A stretch of 64,000 nt of DNA, from positions 24,036-88,035 of the forward strand of contig JBEQUE010000218.1 of NCBI GenBank assembly GCA_040349255.1, written 5' to 3'. Source of the DNA: Acidobacteriota bacterium. Lineage in GTDB: Bacteria > Acidobacteriota > Thermoanaerobaculia > Multivoradales > UBA5704. The translations under genes were made by a program, and so were the position numbers. The notes beneath the pieces are model-generated. The model did no database searches and had not been told where the DNA came from. It was given only the letters and a program-made list of their open reading frames with translations. Shown piece by piece: positions 39,881-47,687 of this stretch. Numbering within the stretch: the first letter of the stretch is position 1; every line of letters starts with the position of its first letter.

Positions 39881-40140
39881 AACCTTGAATCGCCGCGGAC
39901 TGCGCTGATCTGGCGCGGATGAGCTGGTTTTGCCGTGGATGGGCTTTTTCCGGCCTGGATCAGCTTGCTTTGGCGCAGATAAGCCCGTCCTGCCCTGGAT
40001 GGCTCGGTTTTACGGCGGATCAGCTCGTCTTGCGCTCGATAAGGTGATTTTGCCGCGGATGAGCTTGTTCCGCGCCGGATAACCTCGAATCGGCAGGGAT
40101 AAGGCCGTTTTGTCCTGGATAAGCTCGAATCGCCTTGGAT
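39881..40140. repeat. 13 head-to-tail copies of a degenerate 20-bp unit (consensus about RAGCTYGTTTTGCCNYGGAT), perfectly phased, non-coding
   Basis: Read directly from the sequence. Every 20th base block ends in GGAT in 10 of 13 units (AGAT, CGAT, GGAC in the others), with no indels between units. No ORF of 60 aa or more on either strand, and 20 is not a multiple of 3. Confidence 0.9.
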
Positions 40141-40158
40141 TACGTTGAAACGCCTCCT

Positions 40159-40193
40159 GGCGGCCAGCCGCGCGTCTGCGCGCGCCGGCCGCC
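40159..40193. terminator. long GC-rich hairpin between the repeat array and the VOC gene stop
   Basis: GGCGGCC...CGCGCG tctg CGCGCG...GGCCGCC. Outer 7-bp and inner 6-bp stems, 18 nt past the stop at 40211 (minus strand), and no U-tract. Confidence 0.35.
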
Positions 40194-40210
40194 TCGACCG
40201 CGAGGCGCCT

Positions 40211-40708
40211 CTACCCCTCGTAAGCCTGCTTCAGCTCGGCGATGTCGAGCTTCTTCGAGCGCATCACGACCTCCATCACCCGCCTGGACTTCCCGGGGTC
40301 CGGATCCTTCAACATCTCGGCCACGACACGAGGGACCACCTGCCAGCAGAGTCCGAACCTGTCCTTCAGCCAGCCGCACTGCCTTGCGTTCTCGTCTCCG
40401 CCCTCCGACAGCTTCTCCCAGTAGTAGTCCACCTCTTCCTGGGTATCGCAGTTGACCTGGAACGAGACGGCCTCGTTGAACTTGAACTGCGGGCCGCCGT
40501 TGAGCGCGGTGAACGTGTGGCCGTCCAGCTCGAAGGCCACGGTCAGCACCGCGCCCGCCGGCTTGCCATGGATCTCCTGGCCCGCCTCGCTGTAGCGGGC
40601 GATGCTGGTGATCCGCGAATTCCTGAAGATGCCCGTATAGAGCTTGGCGGCCTCCTCGGCCTGGTCGTCGAACCACAAGCAGGGGGTAATCGTTTGAATG
40701 AGTTGCAT
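40211..40708 (-). CDS. VOC-superfamily protein (PhnB / 3-demethylubiquinone-9 3-methyltransferase-like domain)
   Basis: Last 165 codons of ORF 40211..40786. MQLIQTITPCLWFDDQAEEAAKLYTGIF...CGWLKDRFGLCWQVVP is typical of this family. Confidence 0.8.
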   Translation of the reverse strand: MQLIQTITPCLWFDDQAEEAAKLYTGIFRNSRITSIARYSEAGQEIHGKPAGAVLTVAFELDGHTFTALNGGPQFKFNEAVSFQVNCDTQEEVDYYWEKLSEGGDENARQCGWLKDRFGLCWQVVPRVVAEMLKDPDPGKSRRVMEVVMRSKKLDIAELKQAYEG

Positions 40709-40789
40709 GACGCCTCCCGGTCTCCCGGCGCGGTGGAAATCACCGCGCCCATCCTGTTGTCGTTCGAGGAGGCGGGAAATCGACAAGGT

Positions 40790-40899
40790 CTAGCAGTCTG
40801 CGCGGCAGAACCGAACCGGGGTCCTTGCTTTTCGCTGGGACCGCCGGCTTCCCAGCCGGCCAAGCCGGAGCGCCAGATGGAGATGACCGTGGCGCGGTC
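40790..40899. repeat. left arm of a ~110-bp imperfect inverted repeat
   Basis: Hand alignment with the reverse complement of 41274..41381 gives about 7 substitutions and 3 single-base gaps, with the innermost 36 bp identical. It contains GGAG-N7-ATG GAG ATG ACC GTG GCG CGG (MEMTVAR) reading inward. Confidence 0.85.
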
Positions 40900-40917
40900 G
40901 TTTCGGGCCGCGCCGAC

Positions 40918-41272
40918 GGCCGGTTCATCGAGCTCGTCGGAGGATCCGAAGAGTTTCCTGAGCCTCTCGACAAGGCCGATGAACGGTCCGTCAAGGTCGC
41001 CGGACGGCCCATCGAGGTCGATGAACAGTCCGTCGAGGTTTCCGGACGATCCGAAGAGGTTCCCGAAGGCCCGAAGAGCCCGACGAACGGCTCACCAAGG
41101 TCGTCGAATGGCTCGTCAAGGTCGCCGGACGGTCCGGAGGGTTCGACGAGAGGCTCGTCGAGCTTCCCGGACAGCTCGTCGAGGTCGTCGGACGATCCGA
41201 CGAGGTCCTCGAACGGTCGTCGAGAGGGATGAACGGCTCATCGAGGCCGTCGGACGCCTCGTCGAGATCGAC
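40918..41272. repeat. 17 tandem units of 21 bp (two units are 20 bp), a heptad-coding repeat
   Basis: Units such as GAACGGCTCGTCAAGGTCGCC. The minus strand reads heptads VDLDEAS DGLDEPF ... GDLDEPF DDLGEPF, and the plus strand reads ERSVKVA GRPIEVD EQSVEVS. The 20-bp units at 41065-41084 and 41211-41230 break every frame. Confidence 0.85.
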
Positions 41273-41273
41273 G

Positions 41274-41381
41274 GACCGCGCCACGGTCATCTCCATCTGG
41301 CGCTCCGGCCTGGCCGGCTGGAAGCCGGCGGTCCCAGCAAAAGCAAGAACCTCCGGTGCGTTTCTTCCGCGCAGCTCCTAG
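41274..41381. repeat. right arm of the inverted repeat (overlaps the pyrF stop codon)
   Basis: See the left arm. On the minus strand it carries the same MEMTVAR start at 41296, reading inward. Confidence 0.85.
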
Positions 41382-42163
41382 CCGCTCAGGAACAGACCCT
41401 GGAGCGTGCCCTGGATCTGCATGGCGGCTTCGTAGGGATCCGGGGCGTTGCGGATAGGACGGCCGACGACGATGTAGTCGGCGCCGTTGCGGATCGCCTC
41501 CTCGACCGTGACCACCCGCTTCTGGTCGTCCGCCGGGCGGTTCCCGGCCGGGCGGATGCCGGGCGTCACCAGGATCAGGCTCTCGCCGAAGGCGTCCTTG
41601 AGCGCGCGCGCCTCCTGGCCGGAGGCGACCACTCCGTCGCAGCCGATCTCCAGGGCGCGCCGGGCGCGCGACAGCACGAGAGCGTGGACGTCGACCTCGA
41701 AGCCGAGGTCCTTCGAAAAGTCCGTCCGATCCAGGCTGGTCAGGACCGTCACCGCCAGGATGCCGAGGTCGCCCTTCTCCCGGACGGCGGCCTCCAGGAT
41801 GCCGTCGCTGCCGTGCACGGTGGTCAGGGTGATGCGCCGCTTGCGGAGCTGGCGCACGGCCGAGGCCACGGTCTCGGGCACGTCGTAGAGCTTCAAGTCG
41901 GCGAAGACCTTCTTGCCCTGGTCCACCAGCCAGTCGATGAGATCGAAGCCGCCGCCGGAGGTGATCAGCTCCAGGCCGACCTTGTAGAACTGGACCGACT
42001 CGCGCAGGCTCGCCACCAGGCGCTTCGCCTCCTCCGCGCCCGGCACGTCCAGGGCGAAGATCAGCCGGTCCTCGGGCGGGATCTCCTTGGTCGAGATGCG
42101 GATCGGATCGCCCGCCTCGGGCTCCAGGTTCGGGGCGTCTTCCATGGCGCCGCAGGCTAGCAT
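41378..42163 (-). CDS. pyrF: orotidine 5'-phosphate decarboxylase
   Basis: ORF track 261 aa. LIFALDV...FYKVGLEL...VFADLKLYDVPETV...LTTVHG...IVVGRPI. The true start may be the ATG at 42145. Confidence 0.92.
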   Translation of the reverse strand: MLACGAMEDAPNLEPEAGDPIRISTKEIPPEDRLIFALDVPGAEEAKRLVASLRESVQFYKVGLELITSGGGFDLIDWLVDQGKKVFADLKLYDVPETVASAVRQLRKRRITLTTVHGSDGILEAAVREKGDLGILAVTVLTSLDRTDFSKDLGFEVDVHALVLSRARRALEIGCDGVVASGQEARALKDAFGESLILVTPGIRPAGNRPADDQKRVVTVEEAIRNGADYIVVGRPIRNAPDPYEAAMQIQGTLQGLFLSG

Positions 42164-42169
42164 GAAACT

Positions 42170-44029
42170 TCAGGCGAGCAGGCGGCGGAGCTGGGCCGGA
42201 TCGACCGGCTTGGTCAGGTGGAGGTCGAAGCCGGCTTCCTTGGACTTGCGGCGGTCCTCGTCGCGGCCGTAGCCGGTGACGGCGATCAGCTTGGCCGAGG
42301 CGGTGTCGGGGTCCTTCCTCAACGCGGCCGCCACCTGATAGCCGTCCATGCCCGGCAGGCCCAGGTCGCAGAGCACGATCTCCGGATGGAACTGGCGGGC
42401 CGCCTTGACGCCGTCCGCGCCGGAGCTGGCGAGCTCGACCTCGTGGCCCGAAAGCTCCAGGAAGTCGCGCAGGGTGGCCGCGGCGTCGGCGTTGTCCTCG
42501 ACCACCAGGATCCGGCGGGCGGCAATATCGGCGGTACCGGCGGCATTCGCGGTAGCGGCGTGCGCGGCCTCGGCGGACCGGGCCTCCGACGGCGCGGCCC
42601 CCTCCTCGGCCGGCAGCAGCAGGGTGACCTCGGTCCCCAGGCCCTCGCCCTCGCTCTCCGCCCGCACCTCGCCGCCGTGCATCCCGACCAATCCCTTGAC
42701 CACCGCGAGGCCGATCCCGAGACCGCCCTGGGCCCGGTCCAGGCTCTGGTCGGCCTGGGTGAAGACCTCGAAGACGTGCGGCAGGACGTCGGGCCCGATC
42801 CCCTGGCCGCTGTCCCGCACAGAGAGCTCGATCCGGCCGTCGGCCGTGTGGCGCGCCCGCACCCGGACGGAGCCGCCGGGCGGCGTGAACTTGACCGCGT
42901 TCTGGAGCAGGTTGGCCAGGGCCTGGGAGAGCCGCATCCGGTCGCCGCGCACGGGCAGGGGCTCGTCCGGCAGGTCCAGCTCCAGATCGAGGCGGGCGAC
43001 GCGGATCGTCTCCCGATAGCCTTCGACGGTCTCGCGGGCGAGCTGCGCCAGGTCGAGGCTCTCGCAGTGGAGCTCGACCTCGCCGCGGGTCACCCGGGAC
43101 ACTTCGAGGAGATCGTCCACCAGGAGAGCCTGGTGGAGCACCTGGCGCTCGGCCGCCTCGATCGCCCGCCGCCAGGTCTCGTCGCCCTCTCCCTTGAGCC
43201 GCAGGACCTGGATCGCGTTGCTGATCGTGCCGAGAGGATTGCGCAGCTCGTGCGCGAGCATGGTCAGGAACTCCTCCTTGGCCCGGTCGGCCCGCCGCAG
43301 CGCCGCCCCCTTCCGGGCCAGGCGGTAGCTGAGCTGCTCCAGCTTCTCCTCGCTGGCCCGGGCGCGGCGGATCTGCGCGATCATCCAGTCGATCCGCTCC
43401 TCCTCCTCCCGGGGATGGCCGCGGCCGACGGCCATCGACGGCGGCTCGTAGAAGGCGTTCGGGCAGACCTCGTTGCCGAGCAGTGCGAGGGGATGGGTGC
43501 GCAGGACGGCCTGGAGCCTCTCGGGCGGCGTGCCGTGCCGGCCGTAGCGGCAGAGCGCGCAGGTGCGGCTGCCGGCGAGAAACCGGTTCATCTCCGCCTC
43601 GAACGCGATCCAGCCCTCGGCTCCAGGCACGCCGTCGAGGAGCCAGGCCACATCCCAGGTCACGCGCAGGCCCGAGAAACCGTCTTCGAGGGCCTGCTGC
43701 TCCAGGCGCCGCAGCAGGTCCTTCATCGAGTTCGCTTCGAAGCGCGCCTCTGCCTGGGAATGATCCAGGCAGCATCCGCGGTCGCTCAGCAGGATGAGGG
43801 CTCCCCGGTCGGTCTCGCGGTCGACCGGAACGCCGGCGCCCGCCAGGGCGCGCTCGACGGCGAGGCAGCTCCCGGGCGGACCCAGGAACAAGGCCCGCTC
43901 CCCGGCCGCCAGGCCCATCCTGAGAAACGGCACCAGCGCCGCGAGCCTCTCGGCGTCGCTGTCATGGATCAGGCAGAGATGATCCCCCCTGCCGAGTTGG
44001 CCGATCCGCCGTTCCTGCTGGACTGACAC
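42170..44029 (-). CDS. hybrid sensor histidine kinase / response regulator with an N-terminal MEDS-like domain
   Basis: Frame of ORF 42170..44146. GDHLCLIHDSDAERLAALVPFLRMGLAAGERALFLG is MEDS-like. HisKA is FLTMLAHELRNPL, with a HATPase_c domain (DSGQGI, GGLGIGLAVV). The C-terminal REC is RILVVEDNADA...VLCDLGLPGMDG. The GTG at 44029 was chosen because AGGAGG lies 7 nt upstream. Confidence 0.85.
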   Translation of the reverse strand: MSVQQERRIGQLGRGDHLCLIHDSDAERLAALVPFLRMGLAAGERALFLGPPGSCLAVERALAGAGVPVDRETDRGALILLSDRGCCLDHSQAEARFEANSMKDLLRRLEQQALEDGFSGLRVTWDVAWLLDGVPGAEGWIAFEAEMNRFLAGSRTCALCRYGRHGTPPERLQAVLRTHPLALLGNEVCPNAFYEPPSMAVGRGHPREEEERIDWMIAQIRRARASEEKLEQLSYRLARKGAALRRADRAKEEFLTMLAHELRNPLGTISNAIQVLRLKGEGDETWRRAIEAAERQVLHQALLVDDLLEVSRVTRGEVELHCESLDLAQLARETVEGYRETIRVARLDLELDLPDEPLPVRGDRMRLSQALANLLQNAVKFTPPGGSVRVRARHTADGRIELSVRDSGQGIGPDVLPHVFEVFTQADQSLDRAQGGLGIGLAVVKGLVGMHGGEVRAESEGEGLGTEVTLLLPAEEGAAPSEARSAEAAHAATANAAGTADIAARRILVVEDNADAAATLRDFLELSGHEVELASSGADGVKAARQFHPEIVLCDLGLPGMDGYQVAAALRKDPDTASAKLIAVTGYGRDEDRRKSKEAGFDLHLTKPVDPAQLRRLLA

Positions 44030-44176
44030 GGGCACGCCTCCTGATTCCCAGGCCGCGGGCTCCGTGACTCGCGGCCAAGGCAGCCGGGCGTGCAAGAACC
44101 GTGCACAGAAGAAAAGACCCCGCCGGAAGGTGCGCCGGCGGCGCACCCGGGCGGGGTTCGTCCGGCCTGACGGACG

Positions 44177-44656
44177 TCAGGTCGGTTGATCTTCCGGCTC
44201 GGGCTCCGGCGGCAGAGCCTGCGAGACCGTGTCGTGGAAGTAGCGGACGAGTTTGTGGAAGCCCTGCAGCATTTCGCCGAGGGCCTGCTCCTCGATGGGC
44301 GGGATCGGACGGTTGATACCCAGGACATGGTAGACATCCGGGCCGGACCGCTCGCCCGCAAACATGTCCTGATCCCGACGACCTGTCATCCAGCCCCCGT
44401 CGCGTCCGGACGTGCGACGGATCGCCTCCGGGCGCTCGTTGACGATCTGGAGCGAGTTGTGCAGATCGTTGAGATTGCAGTCGAGGGCGTCGAGGATCTT
44501 TTCCAGCGTGTCGAGAGACGGCTTCTGCTTGCCCGTCTCGTACGCCGACAGCATCGCCTTCGTGATCCCCGCCGCGTCCGCGACCTGGTACTGCCGCTTG
44601 CCCTGCCTATCACGGAGCCAACGGAGGGCTCTACCTAGACCTTGGAAGGTGGACAT
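44177..44656 (-). CDS. XRE-family helix-turn-helix regulator with a C-terminal extension
   Basis: Last 159 codons of ORF 44177..44698. LRWLRDRQGKRQYQVADAAGITKAMLSAYETGKQKPSLDTLEKIL is an HTH_3 motif. Confidence 0.75.
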   Translation of the reverse strand: MSTFQGLGRALRWLRDRQGKRQYQVADAAGITKAMLSAYETGKQKPSLDTLEKILDALDCNLNDLHNSLQIVNERPEAIRRTSGRDGGWMTGRRDQDMFAGERSGPDVYHVLGINRPIPPIEEQALGEMLQGFHKLVRYFHDTVSQALPPEPEPEDQPT

Positions 44657-45155
44657 GCGAGGAAATGTACCCTCTCCGCGGCTTTCTGGCAAGCACAAAC
44701 TTTTTCAAGGCAATGACTTAGATCGATAAAGGGTGTTCTCTTGGATCACCCTTTCGTGCTGGAGAGCGCTACAAATTACGGGCTCCGGTTTCCATCCGGG
44801 ACAAGATATACCCGGTGCGCGGGCCAAATCTCAGGTTGCGGGATCTGAACTCAACCACCCTTCGAGCCGATCTTCCGCGCTTCCGGAGGGGTCGAAAGGC
44901 TTCTTCGCGGCGCATCCGGAGGGCCCGGAACGATGATCGGCAGCATTCGCCGGGATCGGAAAAGGCGAGTGAAAGCACCGTGAGAGGATACCACTCCGCC
45001 GCCCGGCACCCTGGAGAGTTTCTGCTCACCGCCAGGCTCCGGCCGGCGCGGCGACATCGGCTGAAGGATCGGCTTCTTTCCCGTTCGGGGAATCCGCGCG
45101 ACGGCTGGAAGATCGACCGGAACATCGAAACATCGGCCTGCGTTGGTAGACTGAG

Positions 45156-47612
45156 ATGATGCACGTCGAGCTCCCCGGCTCCATTCTCTCGGACGCGACC
45201 GCCCAGGCCCTGGAGCTGCCCGGCCTGCTGGCCGTGATCTCGCGCCTGGCTTCCAGCGACCTCGGGCGCGACCGCGTCCTGGCCCTGGCGCCGTACGAGG
45301 ACGAGGCCGCGCTCCGGCTCCAGCGGCGGCGCTTCGAGGAGACCGCGCGGCTCCTCGCCGAGCGCTCGCTGGTGCCGGACTTCGACGTGCCGCTGGGCTC
45401 CCTCCTCGACCGGCTGTCGAGCGGCCGGCCGCCCATCGAGGGGGCCGACCTGGTCCGCCTCGCCGACCTCGGCCGCGCCACGCGGGGAGCGGCGGCGCGC
45501 ATCCGCGAGGCCGCGCCCCCCTGCCCGGAGCTGGCCCGGCTGGCCGAGATGACTGCGGGGCTCAACGACGTCGAGCCTCTGCTGCGGCGCATCGACCGCA
45601 CGCTCGACCGCCGCGGCGAGGTTCGCGAGGACGCCAGCCCGCGGCTCGCCGCCCTGCGCCAGCAGATCCGCCGGACGCGCGACCAGCTCTACCGCGACCT
45701 CGGCGAGTTCGTGGCCGGGCACAAGGAGGAGCTGTCCGAGGAGACCATCCCGATGCGCGGCGGCCGGCTGGTCGTCGTGCTCCAGGCCGGCGCCCGCGGC
45801 AGGAGCGGCGGCCTCGTGCACGGCCGGTCGGCCACCGGCAAGAGCTTCTACTTCGAGCCGCTCCAGGTGGTCGAGACGAACAACACCCTGCAGCAGTCCT
45901 CCGAGGACGAGGAGGCCGAGCGCCGGCGCATCCTGATCGAGCTGCTGACCGAGGCGCGCGCGGCGCTGCCGGCGCTGCACCGGCACGCGGCGTTCCTGGC
46001 CGAGCTCGACCTGCTCCAGGTCTCGGTGCGCTTCGGCCAGCGCTGCGACGGCCACCTCCCCGAGATCGGCCCGCGGCACGACCTGCGGCTCCACGGCGCC
46101 CGCCATCCGCTCCTCGACGCGTGCCTGGCCGACCTGCGGGCCGAGGCGCTCGGCCAGGCCGGGCATTCCGGAGATATCGTGCCGCTGGAGGCCGAGCTCA
46201 GCCCGGCGCGCCGCATCCTGGTGGTGACCGGCCCGAACGCGGGCGGCAAGACGGTGGCGCTCAAGACGGTCGGGCTCCTCGCGCTCCTCGCGCAGTGCGG
46301 CCTGCCGATCCCGGCCGCCGCCGGCAGCCGGACGCCGTTCCTCCGCCGGCTGGTCGCGACGGTCGGCGACGAGCAGGACCTCCTCGCGGACCGCTCCACG
46401 TTCAGCGGTCGGCTGCTGCGCCTCAAGGAGGCCTGGGAGGCCGCGGGCCCGGACAGCCTGGTGCTGGTCGACGAGCTGGGCTCGGGCACCGATCCCGAGG
46501 AGGGCGCGGCGCTCGCGGTGGCGCTCCTCGAAGGGCTGCTCGAGAAGGGCAGCCTGTCGGTGATCACGACCCACCTGACGCAGCTCGCCGCCGCGGCTCT
46601 GGAGATGGGCGGCGCCTCGTGCGCAGCCATGGAGTTCGACTCGCACACCGGCCGGCCGACGTTCCGGCTGGTGCCCGGTCCGCCGGGCGGCAGCGAGGCG
46701 CTCGCGCTCGGCCGCCGTCTCGGGCTGCCGGCCGAGTGGCTCGACCGGGCCGAGGCCCGCCTGGGCTCCGAGCACCGCGACCTCCGCCGGCTGATCGCCG
46801 AGGTCGAGCGCGTGCGCCAGGAGCTGGGCGAGACCCGCGACCGCCTGGCCGTGGAGGCCGCGGACGCCGAGAAGCTCCGCCGGCGCCTCGAAGCCGAGCG
46901 CGGCGCCATGGAGGAGGAGCGCCGGAACGTCGGGAAGAAGCTCAGGACGGAGCTCGACTCCTTCCGCCGCGAGACCACGGAGCGCCTGCGCCGCGAGGTC
47001 GACCGCATGCAGGAGCGCTTCGAGGAAGGCCGGCGCCGCGGTCTCGCGGCCGAGGCCGTGGAGTCGCTCTTCTCCGCGGCGCCGCGCTTCGAGGAAGAGA
47101 CAGAGCCGGAGGCGGAGGGGCCGCTGGTCGTCGGCGCCGCGGTCCGCCACCTCGGCCTCGGCTGGCAGGGGACGCTCGACAAGCTGGAGCCCGGCCGCGC
47201 CGAGGTCCTGGTGCGCGGCAAGCGGGTGCGTTGCCGCCCCGAGGAGCTGGCCCCGGCGGGCAACTCCAGGCCCGTCCTGTCCAAGGCCGAACGGATCGCG
47301 GCCGAAGCCGATCCCGGATCGCGTCGCAACACCCGGAGCTCCCGCGACGCCGAGGAGTCCGTCGCCGTGCCGCCGGAGCTGAACCTGATCGGCCAGCGGG
47401 TCGAGCCGGCGCTGGAGGAGCTGGAGTCGTACATCGACCGCGCCCTCCTCGCCGCGCGCAAGGAGATCCGGATCGTGCACGGCCACGGCTCGGGCCGGCT
47501 GCGGCAGGCGGTGCGCGAGCGGCTGCGGGCCCATCGCGGCGTGGATTCGATGCGTCCGGGAGCGCCGAACGAAGGCGGCGACGGCGCCACGGTGGTGCAG
47601 CTCCGGGCCTGA
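45156..47612 (+). CDS. mutS2: endonuclease MutS2 (MutS domain V ATPase plus C-terminal Smr)
   Basis: ORF track 818 aa. Walker A VVTGPNAGGKTV, DELGSGTDP, and Smr ELNLIGQRVEPALEELESYIDRALLAARKEIRIVHGHGSGRLRQAV. Confidence 0.92.
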   Translation: MMHVELPGSILSDATAQALELPGLLAVISRLASSDLGRDRVLALAPYEDEAALRLQRRRFEETARLLAERSLVPDFDVPLGSLLDRLSSGRPPIEGADLVRLADLGRATRGAAARIREAAPPCPELARLAEMTAGLNDVEPLLRRIDRTLDRRGEVREDASPRLAALRQQIRRTRDQLYRDLGEFVAGHKEELSEETIPMRGGRLVVVLQAGARGRSGGLVHGRSATGKSFYFEPLQVVETNNTLQQSSEDEEAERRRILIELLTEARAALPALHRHAAFLAELDLLQVSVRFGQRCDGHLPEIGPRHDLRLHGARHPLLDACLADLRAEALGQAGHSGDIVPLEAELSPARRILVVTGPNAGGKTVALKTVGLLALLAQCGLPIPAAAGSRTPFLRRLVATVGDEQDLLADRSTFSGRLLRLKEAWEAAGPDSLVLVDELGSGTDPEEGAALAVALLEGLLEKGSLSVITTHLTQLAAAALEMGGASCAAMEFDSHTGRPTFRLVPGPPGGSEALALGRRLGLPAEWLDRAEARLGSEHRDLRRLIAEVERVRQELGETRDRLAVEAADAEKLRRRLEAERGAMEEERRNVGKKLRTELDSFRRETTERLRREVDRMQERFEEGRRRGLAAEAVESLFSAAPRFEEETEPEAEGPLVVGAAVRHLGLGWQGTLDKLEPGRAEVLVRGKRVRCRPEELAPAGNSRPVLSKAERIAAEADPGSRRNTRSSRDAEESVAVPPELNLIGQRVEPALEELESYIDRALLAARKEIRIVHGHGSGRLRQAVRERLRAHRGVDSMRPGAPNEGGDGATVVQLRA

Positions 47613-47687
47613 GCCGGGCCGGCTGTCCCGGCGTCGGCGTTCCGCACACCAGAAACAAGTAGGGGTTCTCTTTCACTTCCTTCCACG

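Noticed and set aside
39881-40140. CRISPR array
   Set aside because: The repeats abut with no unique spacers. The unit is only 20 bp and degenerate, and there are no cas genes in the window.
39881-40140. Replication origin (cluster of DnaA boxes)
   Set aside because: GGATAAG-type cores resemble only part of the TTATCCACA box. There is no full 9-mer match, no AT-rich unwinding element, and no dnaA/dnaN nearby. This is not excluded experimentally, but the sequence does not support it.
40825-41296. ORFs 40825..41232 (+) and 40991..41296 (-) as ordinary protein genes
   Set aside because: Both are readings of the 21-bp repeat array. Each loses the heptad register at a 20-bp unit and then runs on as low-complexity Ser/Arg/Pro sequence. 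They are kept as a finding rather than as CDS calls.
41238-43775. 845-aa minus-strand ORF and 671-aa plus-strand ORF (40145..42160)
   Set aside because: These are alternative-frame or antisense readings of pyrF, the histidine kinase and the repeat element, and are Arg/Pro/Gly-rich.
44769-47534. 921-aa and 646-aa minus-strand ORFs opposite mutS2
   Set aside because: They are antisense to a clearly homologous MutS2 gene, have low-complexity composition, and show no motifs.
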